DNA of 64,000 nt, taken from NCBI RefSeq assembly GCF_009914755.1, contig NC_060938.1, one strand, 5' to 3'. Origin of the DNA: the human T2T-CHM13v2.0 reference genome, Homo sapiens. The translations under genes and the position numbers were made by a program. The notes beneath the pieces were generated by a model that did not search any database, was not told the DNA's origin, and worked only from the letters and a program-made list of their open reading frames with translations. How positions within the stretch are numbered: position 1 is the first letter of the stretch; each line of letters begins with the position of its first letter. This document shows positions 29,691 through 43,600 of the stretch, in pieces.

Positions 29691-32199
29691 TTACTACAGC
29701 TTTGTAACATAATTTGAAATTAGAAAGTGTGAGGCCTCCAACTTTGTTCTTTCTCAAGATTGCTTTGGCTATTAGAGGTCTTTGGTGGTTCCATACTAAC
29801 TGTAGAAATGCTTTTTCTATTTCTGTGAAAAATGTCATGGAATTTTGATGGAGAATACATTGAATCTATAAATTGTTTACGGTAAGATGGACATGTTTAA
29901 CAATATTAATTCTTCAAATCTGTGAATGCAGGGTATTTCTCCATTGATTTATGTCTTCTTCAAGTTCTTTCCTCAATGTTTTATCAGTTTCAGTGTGTAA
30001 ATATTTTTCTTCCCGGTTAAATTTATTTCTATATTTTATGCTACTGTAAATGAGATCATTTTCTTGATTTTGTTTTTGTGTAGATTTTTACTGGTATAAA
30101 GAAGGCAACTGATTGACTTTATATCCTGCAATCTTATTAAATTTACTTATTAGTTCTAACAGCCTTTTGTTCCTTTGTTTCTTATGTATTTGCTATATTT
30201 TGGTAGAGTCTGTTTTTCTATATATAGGACTATGTCATATGCAACCAGGGATAATTTTATTTCTTCCTCTCCTGTTTGGATGCCTTTTACTTCTTTCTCT
30301 TGTCTGATTGCTGTTGCTGGTCCCAGTACTATACTAAATAGAAGTAGTGAGAGCATGCATTTTTGCCTCGTATTGGATCAAAGCTATAGCAATCAAAACA
30401 GTATGGTTCTGGCATAAAAACAAACATATAGACCAGTGAAACAGAATTGTGAGCCCAAAAGTGAACCCAAGCATATATAGCCAACTAATGTTTGACAAGC
30501 AGACCAATAATATGCAATGAGGAAAGGATATTCTCATCAATAAATGGTATTGAAAAAACTGGTTATTCACATGAAAAGAATGAAAACTGGACCCCTATTT
30601 AACATTATACACAAAAATTTACTCAAAATGGATGAAATATTTAAAGATAAGACCTGAAACTATAAAATTCCTAGAAAAAAATATAGGCAGGACGCTTCAT
30701 GACATTGGCCACAGCCATGATTTGTTGTATATCATACTAAAAACTCAGGAAAAACAAAAACAAATGAACTACACTGAACCAAAAAGCTTCTGCACAACAA
30801 AGGAAACAATCAACAAAATGAAAACCCAGACTATGGATTGAGAGAACATACTCAAAAATCACATATCTGATAAAAGTTAGCAACCAAAATATATAAGAAA
30901 ATCTCACAATCCAACAGCAAAAAAAAATAATCCATTTTATTTTAATGGACATCTGAGCACATTGGCTCACCCTGTAATCCCAGCAGTTTGGGAGGCCAAA
31001 TAGGGAGGATTGCTTGATTCCAGGAGTTCAAAACCTTCCTAGGCAACATAGTGAGACCCCGTATCTACAAAAGAAAAAAAAAATAGCTAAGCATAGTGGC
31101 ATTTACCCGTAATCCCAGCTACTGCAGAGGCTCAAGTGGTAGGATCGCTTGAGCCGGAGAGATTGAGGCTACAGTGAGACATTATCGCACTATTGCACTC
31201 CAGCCTGGATGACAAAGCAAGACCCTGTCTCAAGCAAACAAATGAATAAATAAACAAAGGGCACAAGATCTGAATAATCACTTCTCCAAAAAAGAAATAA
31301 GAAGCCAACAGGTATATGAAAAAGTGCTCAGCATCGCTAATCATCAGGAAAATGTATATCAAAACCACAACAACATAATACCCCACATCTGTTATGATAG
31401 CTATTATTGAAAAGACACAAAATAACAAGTGTTGGTTAGGGTGTAGAGAAAAGAGAACCCTTGCACACTGTTGGTGGGAATATATAAATGTTTATTAAAA
31501 ATTAAAAATAGAATTGCCATGTGACACAGTGATCTCTCTCTTGAGTATATACTCATTGGAAATGAAATCAGCCCTTCATACAAATATCTGGGCTCTCATT
31601 TTCACTGAAGCATTATTCACAATACCAAAGATATGGAAACAACCTAAGTGTCCATGGATGGATAAATGAATTCTAAACTTTGGTACTATTCCGCCTTTAA
31701 GAAGGAAGTCCTGCCATTTTCATGGCAATATAGATGAACCTGGAGGACATTATGCTGAGTGAAATAAACCAGACACAGAAATAAAAATATTTGATTATCC
31801 CACTTAACATATTGAATCTTAAAATAAAAAGTCAAATACATAGAAATTGAGAGTAGACAGTAGTTACCAGGGGTAGGGGTTGGAGAGAAATCTGGAGTCA
31901 TATGTCAGGGTACAAAGTTGCAATTATGTAGGATAAATAAGTCTAGAGATATAACCTATGCCATGATAGCTATGGATAATAGTATTATATAACATACTGG
32001 AAATTTACAAAGAGAAATTTCAGGCATTCTTGTTACAAAAAAAAGATTAAATAAAGATCTACCTATGTAAGGAGATAGATATATTAATTTACTTGACTAT
32101 AGTAATCACTTCACTATGCTTATATATATCAAAACATCATTTATACCTTAAATATTTACAATTTTAAAATTAAGGAAGTAACAATTCAAAAAAACAAGG
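29691..32199 (+). mobile_element. L1MA (L1MA7/8-like), 5'-truncated with a 5' inversion (29691-30378 antisense)
   Basis: ORF2 strand switch at about 30378, an L1MA8-type 3'UTR, and a degenerate 19-bp TSD at 29672-29690 and 32200-32218. Confidence 0.85.
30951..31258 (+). mobile_element. AluJ inside L1MA
   Basis: GGAGGATTGCTTGA, GGCAACATAGTGAGACCCC and GAGGCTACAGTGAG are J-type diagnostics. Confidence 0.9.
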
Positions 32200-32409
32200 C
32201 ACAGTTATCATTGGGAGACAAAGGTATGCTTTTTAATTGATTCTGATCTCATACAAGCAAAATGGGAAGTTAAATTTTGATTTTGAACCTGTTTTCTGTT
32301 TTAAGTTGCATTCCATTTTGTTTATATTTGAATGAATGCATTGCTTTGTTTTATTCTGAGTAATTATTATAAGATAGAGAGTAGAAAAACAATAAAAAAT
32401 AACAATGTA

Positions 32410-33650
32410 ACTTAAGAGTATTTGAAAAGAAACAAAATCAACAAACTTGCTAGACTAAAAAGAGACAGAAGGCTCGAGTAAATAAAATTATTAATGAAAA
32501 AGGAGACATTATAACTGATACTACAGAAATACAAAGGATCACAAGAGACTACTATAAACAATTATGCCAACAAATTGGATAAGCTAGAAAAGTGGATAAA
32601 TTTCAAGAGACATATAGCCTTTTATTCTTTCATGATTTAGCCTTGAACAGACCAGTAATGAGTAAGGAGATTGAATCAATAATCAAAAACTTTCCAACAA
32701 AGAAAAGCCCAGGCCCTGATGGCTTTAGTGCTGTATTCAACAAAAAACTTAAATAATATTTAATAACAGTTCTTCTCAATGTCTTTCAAAAAATTAAACA
32801 GGAAGGAACACTTCCAAACTCATTTTAGGAGGCCAGTATTACCCTGAATCCAAAGCCAGACAAGGACACTACAAGAAAATAAAATTACAGGTGAGCATAG
32901 ATGCAAAAATCTTCCACAAAACACCAGCAAACCTAATTAGGTAGCACAGTAAAAGAACCATTCATCATGACCAAGTGGGCTATATCCCTGGGATGCAAAA
33001 ATGGTTTAACATACTCATATCAATAAACGTGATACACCACATTAGTGTAATAAAAGCTACATCATATAATCATCTCAATAGACATAGAAAAAGCATTTAA
33101 CAAAATTCAACATATTTCATGATAAAAGCTATCAACATATTATGTATAGGAAAAACTGAACTCAACATAATAAAGGCCATATATGAAAAGACCACAGCTA
33201 ACATTGTACTCAATGTTGAAAAGCTGAAAGCTTTTTCTCTAAAATCAGGAACAAGACAAGGATAACCTCTCTTACCACTTCTATTCAACATAGTACTGGA
33301 AGTCCTAGACAGAGTGATTAGGCAAGAAAAAGAAAAAAATGGCATTCAAATTGGAAAGGAAGACATAGACTTGTCTCTGTTTACAGATGACATGATCTTA
33401 CATATAGAAAACACTAAAGGCTGTATCAAAAAGCTGTTAAAAATAATAAACCAATTCAATAAGATTGCAGAAAGTCAACAGGCAAAACTCATTAGCATTT
33501 CTATACAATAAAAATGAACTATATGAAAAGAATTTAAGAAAACAATTCCATTTACAATCCTACCACAAAAATACTTAGGAGTAAGTTTAACCAAAGAGAT
33601 AAAAGACCTGTATACCAAAAATTATAAAACATTGATAAAATAAATTGAAG
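32410..33650 (+). mobile_element. L1M ORF2 internal fragment (RT region)
   Basis: Degenerate [19 protein letters not shown] and LFTDDMI motifs. Confidence 0.85.
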
Positions 33651-34744
33651 GAGGAAGCCAAGCAAGATGAGCAAATTGCCCTCCAGCAATTGCCCACACA
33701 CACAGAGGAATATCAAATTGAACATCTATCCGTGCAAGAAATTAGCTTCATACAAACTAAAAAAAAAAAAAAAAAAAAATTCAGGTGAGAGATTACACTA
33801 CTTGATTTTAGCATAACAAGAAAGAACACATTGAAGAGGGTTAGAAGAACAGTCTCACATTACCCCTCCCTCATTCTCAGGAGGCCCAGCACAGACAGAG
33901 ACTCCTTCCACTTGGGGGAAAGAGAAGGAAGAAAGTGGTGGATTTTGCATCATTTCCCAGAGTATTCTCCCTTAAGTGCATCAGGGCTGAGTATCTGAGA
34001 GGCTGCAAGTCACAACATAACTAGGCTTAGGGTGCCCTCTAGTGCTGAAATCGCTGGAGTGACCACAGGCTTAGTTAACATATAACAGTCTCCTTTGACT
34101 TTTGGAAAGCCCTCTGAAAAAGGACCAGTACAAACAAAACCAAACTGTCGAGACTGGAAAAAAATGCCTAATTCTTCAATGTCCAGACAGCAACAACATT
34201 CAAAAGCACCAAGAACATCCAGGATAAAATGACCTCACCAAAGGAACTAAAGAAGGCATCAGCAGAAAACCCTGGAGTAATGGTGTGCACCCTCTAACAC
34301 AAGAAGAAATTCAGAAATCTATCACAGAAATTTAACAAAGAGATTAAAATAATTTTTTTAAATATGGAACTGAAAAATTCAATTGACAAACTGAAAAATA
34401 CAACAGAATGTCTCAATAACGAATTGATCAAGGAGAAGAAAGAATTAGTGACCTAAAAGACAAGCTATCTGAAAAAAATACAGTCAGAGGAAAAAAAGCA
34501 GAGGAATGAAAAAGAATAAAGTACACCTACAAGATCTAGAAATTAGCCTCAAAAGGGAATATCTAAGAGTTATTGGCCTCAAAAAAAGATATAGAGAGAG
34601 ATCAGGGTAGAAAATTAATTCAAAGAAATAATTTTAAAAAAATAACTTTCCAAACAAAGAGAAAGATATAAATACACAGGTAAATGAAGGTCAAAGAACA
34701 ACAAGAAATTTTCACCCAAATAAGACTACCTCAAAGCCTCTCTT

Positions 34745-35260
34745 TCTTTATTCAACGAATATTTATTGAGTGCTCAACTTGAGCCAGATACTGCTTTTAG
34801 ACCAGGGAATCAGTAATTAACAGACACAAATAATTGCCTTTGTGAAGCTCATATTCTAGTGGAAATACACTAGAATTAATCAACAAGTAAAATATATATA
34901 TATATCAGATAATGATAAATACTATGAAAAAGAATAATGCAGGAGACAGGGGATAGAAACATGCCAAAATGGGTTTTGTCATTTTAAATAAGGTTCTCAG
35001 GGAAGATTTCAGGTAGTAGGGAATAATTGAACAAAGACCTGAGAGAAGTAAGGGAGAGAGTCATGTGACTATCTAGAGAAAAAACAGTCCAGGTAAAAGG
35101 ATAATTGAGTGAAAAATGCCTGGGGGGTAGTATCATTGAAGTGTTTGAGAAACAGCAAACAGGTTGAGAGGTTGGGAGATAGATAGGTAAAGAGGAGGGC
35201 TGCAGTGGAGTGAATAAGCGAGGAGTAATAGGAGATTGAGTGAAGGAGTAGACAATGACT
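34745..35260 (-). mobile_element. LINE-2 3' fragment lying inside L1M ORF1
   Basis: TTATTCAACGAATATTTATTGAGTGCTC...GAAGCTCATATTCTAGTGG...GAACAAAGACCTGA. Confidence 0.8.
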
Positions 35261-38200
35261 TTTGTTTCTCTTCCTGTCCCAAATTTTCTATGAATTCCTC
35301 TCATCTGTGGAATCTGAAGTAGAAGGATTCTGGGAAATGAAGTTCTGGGCTTCCCATTCCTCAAAAGGGTAACTGCAGGTGGTGGCCCCACTTTAATTCT
35401 CAAAGATTAAGAAAAAAATTAAAAATCCTAAAATCAGCAACAGAAAAGAAGCAAATAACATATAAAGGAACACTGATACATCTCCCAGCAAACTTCCCAG
35501 TGGAAACCTTACAGGCCAAGAAAACATGGAACAACGTATTCAAAGGGCTGAAGAAAAAATAACTTCCAACTGAGACTATTATACTCAGAAAAGAAATTCT
35601 CCAAACATAAAGAACAACGATTTTCTCACACAAACAAAAGTTGGGGAAATTTATTACAAACAGACCTGTCTTACAAGAAATGCTAAAAGTTCTTTAATCC
35701 AAAGGAAAATGATGCTACTAACATGCCACAGGAAATCATCTGAAGGTATAAAACTCATTGATAAAAGTAAGTACACAGACAAATTCAGAATACTTTATTA
35801 CTGTAATTGTGGTTATAAACCACACATATCTTTAGTATGAAGACTAAAAGATGAATGCCTCAAAATCATAATAATTAGAACAATTTGTTAACAGATAGAC
35901 GATATAAAAGATATAAGTAAAGACAACAAAAGTCTAAAAGGTAAGGGGGGATAAAGTTAAAGTATAGAATTTTTTTCTTTACACACAAAAAAGAAATTTC
36001 TTTTTTCTTTGTGATCAGAGTTATGTTTTTACTAGTTTAAAATAACATACTATAACTATAAGATGTTATTTGCAAGCCTCTTACTAACCACAAAGCAAAA
36101 ATCTATAATAGATATGCTAAAAATAAAAAGCATCAGCACAGGGAGTACTCTGCAAGTTAGACTGCATATTAGGCCATGAAACAAGTCTTGACAAATTCAA
36201 AAAAATTGAAATCATATAAAATATCCATTCTGACCAAAATAGAAAAAAAAACTAGAAATCAATAATAAGACAAACTTTGGAAACCATACAAATACTTGGA
36301 AATTACACAACATGCTTCTGAACAACAAATAAGTCAATAAAGAATTTAAGAAGGAAGTTTAAAAATGTCTGGAAATAAATAAAAGTGGAAACACAATATA
36401 CCAAAACCTATGAGACACAGCAAAGGCAGTACTAAAAGGGAAGTTTATAGCAATAAATACCTAGATAAGAAACGTAGACAAACTTCAAATAACCTAATGA
36501 TGAATTAGACAATAAAAAACAAATCAAACCCAACATTAGTAGGAGGCAAGAAATAATAAAGATCAGAACAGAAATAAATGAAATTGAGACCAAAAAATAC
36601 AGAAGATCAATGAAATGAAAAGTTGGTTTATTGAAAAGATAGACTGAAAAACCTTTAGCTAGACTAAGAAAATAAGAGAGAAGAGCTAAATAAATAAAAT
36701 CAGAGATGAAAAAGGAGACATTACAACTGATACCAAAGAAATTCAAAGGATTATTAGAGACTATTATGAGAAACTACATGCCAATAATTTGAAAAACCTA
36801 GAAGAAATGGATAAATTCTGACACATACAACCTACCAATATTGAGCCATGAAGAAATAGAAAACCTGAACAGACCAACAATGAGTAACAAGATCGAAGCA
36901 GTAATAAAAAGTTTCCCATCAAAGAAAAGTCCAGAATCAGATGGCTTCACTGCTAAATTCTACCAATTGTTTAAAGAATAGACAACAATTATATTCAAAC
37001 TATTCCAAAAAATTGAAGAGCAGGGAATACTTCTAAACTCATTCTATGAGACTGGCATTGCCTTGATACTAAAGCCAGATGAAGACACAAAAATAAACAA
37101 ATGAACCAAAAACCTCTATAGGCCAATGTCTATGATAACCATAGATGCAAAATCCTCAACAAAATACTGGCAAACCAATTTCAACAACACATTAAAAAGA
37201 TCATTCACCATTACTAAGTGGGATTCACAAATTAATGAAGGTGATACATCACATTACTAGGATCAATGACCAAAACCATATGATGATTTTAATAGATGAC
37301 AAAAAAGTATTTAACAAAATTCAGCACCTCTTTATGATAAAAACTCTCAACAAATTAGTTATGAAAGGGAAATACTTTAAAATAATAAAGGCCATATGTG
37401 ACAAATATGACCCTAGACCATATGACCCAAACCCATAGCATCATACTGAATGGGAAAAATCTAAAAGCCTTTTCTCTTACATCTGGAATAAGCCAAGGAT
37501 GCTCACTTTCACCACTTCTATTCAACAATATACTAGAAGTCCTAACCAGAGCAATTAGACAAAATAAACAAACAAACGGTACCCAAACTGGAAAGGAAGA
37601 AGTCAAATTGTCCTGGTTTGCAGATTACATAATCTTATATTTAGAAAAACCTAAATACTATACCAAAAAAAAACTCTTAGAACTGGTCAAAAACTTCAGT
37701 AAAGTTGCAGGATACAAAACAAACAAGTGAGAATCAAGAGCATTTCTATATTCCAGCAGTGAACAATCTGAAAAAGAAATTAAGAAAGCAATACCATCTT
37801 TAATAGCTACCAAAAAAAAATGTCTGGGAATAAACTTAACGAAAGAAGTGAAATATCTCTACAGTGAAAACTATAAAACACTGATTAGAGAAATTGCAGA
37901 GAACACTAAAAAAACAGGAAAAATGTCCTATGTTCATGAATTAATATACTGTTACAATGTCCATACTATCCAGTGATCTACAGATTCAATGCAATCCCTA
38001 TCAAAACAGTAATGAGATTCCTAACAGAAGTAGAAAAAACAATCCTCAAATTTGAATAGAACCACAAAAGCCTCCAAATAACCAAAGCAACCCTGAGCAA
38101 AAAGAACAAAGCTGAAAGCATCACATCACCTGACTTCAAAATATACTACAAAGTTATATCCAGACATAAATTTATCCACAAATCAAAATAGCATGAAACT

Positions 38201-39587
38201 CATAAAAACAAATACATAGACCAAAGAAACAGAATTGAAAGTCTAGAAATAAATTCCTGGGCAAGATGGCAGAATAGTAACAGCTCTGGTCTGCAGCTCC
38301 CAGCAAGACCAACGCAGAAGGTGGGTGATTTCTGCATTTCCAACTGAGGTACACGCCTCATTTTATTGGGACTGGTTAGAAAGTGGCTGCAGCCCACGGA
38401 GGGTGAGCCAAAGCAGGGTGGAACGTCTCCTCACTTGGGAAGTGCAAGGGGTCGGGGAACTCCCTCCCCTAGCCAAAAGAAGCCATGAGGGACTGTGCCT
38501 TGAGGAATGGTGCATTCCAGCCCAGATACTATGTTTTTCCCACAGCCTTCGCAACCTGCAGACCAGGACATTCGCTCGGGTGCCTACACAACCAGGGCCC
38601 TGGGTTTCAAGCACAAAACTGGGCGGCCATTTGGGCAGACACCAAGCTAGCTGCAGGAGTTTTTTTTTTCATAACCCAGTGGCCCCTGGAATGCCAGTGA
38701 GAGAGAACTGTTCATTCCCCTGGAAACGGGGCTGAAGCCAGGGAGCTGAGTAGTCTTGCTCAGCGGATCCCACCCCCACAGAGCCCAGCAAACTAAGATC
38801 CACTGGCTTGAAATTCTCACAGCCAGCACAGCAGTCTGAAGTCAACCTGGGATGCTCGAGCTTTGTGGGGGGAGGGGCAGCCACCATTACTGAGGCTTGA
38901 GTAGGTGGTTTTCCCCTCAAAGTGTAAACAAAGCCACCAGAAAGTTTGGACTGGGCAGAGCCCACCACAGTGCCACAAAGCAACTGTAGCCAGACGGCTT
39001 CTTTAGATTCCTCCTCTCTGCACAGGGCATCTCTGAAAGAAAGGCAGCAGCCCCAGTCAGGGGCTTATAGATAAAACTCCCATCTCCCTGAGACAGAGCA
39101 CCTGGGGGAAGGGGCAGCTGTGGGCACAGCTTTAAAAGATTTAAACATTCCTGCCTGCCAGCTCTGAAAAGAGCAGCAGATCTCCCAGCACAGTGTTCAA
39201 GTTCTGCTTAGGGACAGACTGCCTCCTCAAGTGGGTCCCTGACTCCCATGCCTCCTGACAGGAAGACACCTCCCAGCAGGGGTCCACAGACACCGCACAC
39301 AGGAGAGCTCCGGCTGGCATCTGGTGGGTGTCCCTCTGGGATGAAGCTTCCAGAGAAAGGAGGAGACAGCAACCTTTGCTGTTCTGCAGCTTCCGCTCCA
39401 GACAAACAGGGTCTGGAGTGGAGCTCCAGCAAACTCCAGCAGACCTGTAGCAGAGGGGCCTGACTGCTAGAAGGAAGACCAACAAACAGAAAGGAATAGT
39501 ATCAACATCAACAAAAAGGAAGAACACACAAAAACTTCATCTGAAGGCTACCAACATCAAAGACCAAAGGCAGACAAATCCACAAAG

Positions 39588-40609
39588 ATGAGGAAAAAAC
39601 AGTGCAAAAAAGGCTGAAAATTCCAAAAACCAGAATGTCTCCTTTCCTCCAAAGGTTCACAACTCCACATCAGCAATGAAACAAAACTGGATGGAGAATG
39701 AGTTTGACAAGTTGACAGAAGTAGACTTCAGAAAGTGGGTAATAACAAACTCCTCCAAGCTAAAGGAGCATGTTCTAACCCAATGCAAGGAAGCTAAGAA
39801 CACTGATAAAAAGTTACAGGAACTGCTAGCTGGAATAACCAGTTTAGAGAAGAAAATAAATGACCTGATGGAGCTGAACAACACAGCACGTGAACTTCGT
39901 GAAGCATACACAAGTATCAATAGTCGAATCCATCAAGCAGAAGAAAGGATATCAGAATTTGAAGATCAACTCAATGAGATAAAGTGAGAAGACAAGATTA
40001 GAGAAAAAAGAATGAAAAGGAACAATTAAAGCCTCCAACAAATGCGGGACTATGTGAAAAAACCAAACCTACATTTGATTGGTGTACCTGAAATTGATGG
40101 GGAGAATGGAACCAAGTTGGAAAACACTCTTCAGGATATTATCCAGGAGAACTTCCCCAACCTAGCAAGAGAGGCCAACATTGAGAGGAAATACAGAGAA
40201 CACCACAAAGATACTCCTCAAGAAGAGCAACCCCAAGACACATAATCATCAGATTCACCAAGGTGGAAATGAAAGAAAAAATGTTAAGGTCAGCCAGAGA
40301 GAAAGGTTGGGCTACCCACAAAGAGAAGCCATCAGACTAACAGTGGATCTCTCTGCAGAAACACTACAAGCCAGAAGAGAGTGGGGGCCAATATTCAACA
40401 TTCTTAAAGAAAAGAATTTTCAATCCAGAATTTCATAGCAAGCCAAACTAAGCTTTATAAGTGAAGGAGAAATAAAATCCTTTACAGACAAGCAAATGCT
40501 GACAGATTTTGTCAGCACCAGGCCTGCTTTACAAGAGCTCCTGAAGGAATCACTAGATATGGAAAGAAAAAACCGATACCAGCCACTGCAAAAACATACC
40601 AAAATGTAA
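39588..40609 (+). pseudogene. L1 ORF1p, disrupted
   Basis: ORF-track pieces WMENEFDKLTEVDFRKW, GVPEIDGENGTKLENTLQD and ETLQARREWGPIFN. Confidence 0.9.
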
Positions 40610-40617
40610 AGACACTC

Positions 40618-43600
40618 CACACAATTGCATGGAAATTGAACAACCTGCTCCTGAATGACTACTGGGTAAATCACAAACTTAAGGCAGAAATAAGTAAGTT
40701 AATTGAAACCAATGAGAACAAAGACACAATGTACCAGAATCTCCGGGACACAGCTAAAGCAATGCTTAGAGGGAAATTTATAGCACTAATGCCCACAGCA
40801 GACAGTGAGAAAGATCCAAAATCAACACCTTAACATCACAATTAAAAGAACTAGAGAAGCAAGAGTAAACAAATTCAAAAGATAGCAGAAGACAAGAAAT
40901 AACTAATATCAGAGCAGAACTGAAGGAGAAAGAGACACAACAAACCCTTCAAAAAAATCGATGAATCCAGGAGCTGGGAAAAGATCAACAAAATATATAG
41001 ACCACTAGCCAGACTAATAAAGGAAACAGAGAAGAATCAAATAGACACAATAAAAAAATGATAAAGGAGATATCACCATTGATCCCACAGAAATACAAAC
41101 TAACATCAGAGGATACTATAAACACCTCTACACAAATAAACTAGAAAATCTAGAAGAAATGGATAAATTCCTGGACACATATACCCTCCCAAGACTAAAC
41201 CTGGAAGAATTCGAATCCCTGAATAGACCAATAACAAGTTCTGAAATTTAGGCAGTAATTAATAGCCTACCAACCAAAAAAAGCCCAGGACCAAAAGGAT
41301 TCAGAGCCAACTTCTACCAGAGGTACAAAGGGTTGCTGGTACCATTTATTCTAAACTATTCCAAACAATAGAAAAAAGAACACCTCCTTAACTCATTTTA
41401 ACAGCCCTGCATCATCCTGATACCAAAACCTGTCAGAGACACAACAAAAAAAAGAAAATCTCAGGCCAAATTTCAGGAACATTGATGCAAAAAATCCTCA
41501 ATAAAATAGTGGCAAACTGAATCCAGCAGCACATTAAAAAGCTTATCCAACATGATCAAGTTGGCTTCATCCCTGAGATGCAAGGCTGGTTCAATATATG
41601 CAAATCAATAAATGTAATCCCTCACATAAACAGAACCAATGACAAAAATGACAAGATTATCTCAATAGATGTGGCAAAGGCCTTTAATAAAATTTAACAC
41701 CCATTCATGCTAAAAACACTCCATAAACTAGCTATTGATGGAATGTATCCCAAAATAATAAGAGATATTTATGACAAACCCACAGCCAGTATAATCCTCA
41801 TATGATTTTTACTTCCAGCAAAAGCTAGAAGCATTCCATTTGCAAACTGGCTCAAGACAAGGATGCCCTCTCTCATCACTCCTATTCAACATAGTTAGAA
41901 GTTCTGGCCAGGGCAATCAGACAAGACAAAGAAATAAAGTGTATTCAAATGGGAAGAGAGGAAGTCAAGTTATCTCTGTTGGCAGATGACATGATTGTAT
42001 GTTTAGAAAACGCCATCGTCTCTGCCCAAAAACTCCTTAAGCTGATAAGCAATGTCAGCAAAGTCTCAGAATACAAAATCAACATGCAAAAATCACAAGC
42101 ATTCCTATACACCAATAATAGACAAGCAGAGAGCCAAATCATGAGTGAATTCCCATTTGCAATTACTACAAAGAGAATAAAATATTTAGGAAGGACCTCT
42201 TCAAAGAGAACTACAAACCACTGCTCAAGGAAATAAGACAGGACACAAACAAATGGAAAAACATTCCATGCTCATGGATAGGAAGAATCAATATTGTGAA
42301 AGTGGCTCTACTGCCCAAAGTAATTTACAGATTCAATGCTATCCCCATCAAGCTATTATTGACTTTCTTCACAGAATTAGAAAAAACTACTTTAAACTTC
42401 ACATGAAACCAAAAAAGAGCCCATATAGCCAAGAAAATCCTAAGCAAATAGAACAAAGCTGCAGGCATCATGCTACCTGACTTCAAACTATACAACAAGG
42501 CAACAGTAACCAAAACAGCTTGGTACTGGTACCAAAACAGCTTGGTACTGGTACCAAAACAGATGTATAGACCAATGGAACAGAACAGAGGCCTCAGAAA
42601 TAACACCACACATCTACAACCATCTGATCTTTGACAAACCTGACAAAAACAAGCAATGGGGAAAGGATTCCCTATTTAATAAACGGTGTTGTGAAAACTG
42701 GCTAGGTATATGCAGAAAACAGAAACTGGACCCCTTCCTTATACCTTATACAAAAATTAACTCAAGATGGATTAAAGATTTAAACACAAGACCTAAAACC
42801 ATAAAAACCCTAGAAGAAAACCTAGGCAATACCATTCAGGACATTGGCATGGGCAAAGACTTCATGACTAAACCACCAAAAGCAAGGTCAACAAAAGCCA
42901 AAATTGATAAATGGGATCTAAGTAAACTAAAGAGCTTCTGCACAGCAAAAGAAAGTGTCATCAGAGTGAACAGGCAACCTATAGAATGGGAGAAAATTTT
43001 TGCAATCTATCCATCTGACAAACGTCTAATATCCAGAATCTACAAGGAACTTAAACAAATTTACAAGAAAACAACAAACGACCTCATAAAAAAGTGGGCA
43101 AAGGATATGAACAGACACTTCTCTAAAGAAGACATTAATGCAGCCAACATATGAAAAAAAGCTCATCATCACTGATCATTAGAGAAATGTAAATCAAAAC
43201 CACAATGAGATACCCTCTCATGCCAATTAGAGTGGCGCTCATTAAAATGTCTGGAAACAACAGATGCTGGAGAGGATGTAGAGAAATAGGAACGTTTTTA
43301 CACAGCTGGTGGGAGTGTAAATTACTTCAACCATTGTGGAAGACAGTGTGGTGATTCCTCAAGGATCTAGTACCAGAAATACCATTTGACCCAGAAATCC
43401 CGTTACGGGGTATATACCCAAAGGATTATAAATATTTCTACTATAAAGACACATACACACGTATGTTTATTGCAGCATTATTCACAATAGCAAAGACTTG
43501 GAACCAACCCAAATGCCTATCAATGATAGACTGGATAAAGAAAATGTGGCACATATATGCCATGGAATACTATGCAGCCCTAAAAAAGGATGAGTTCATG

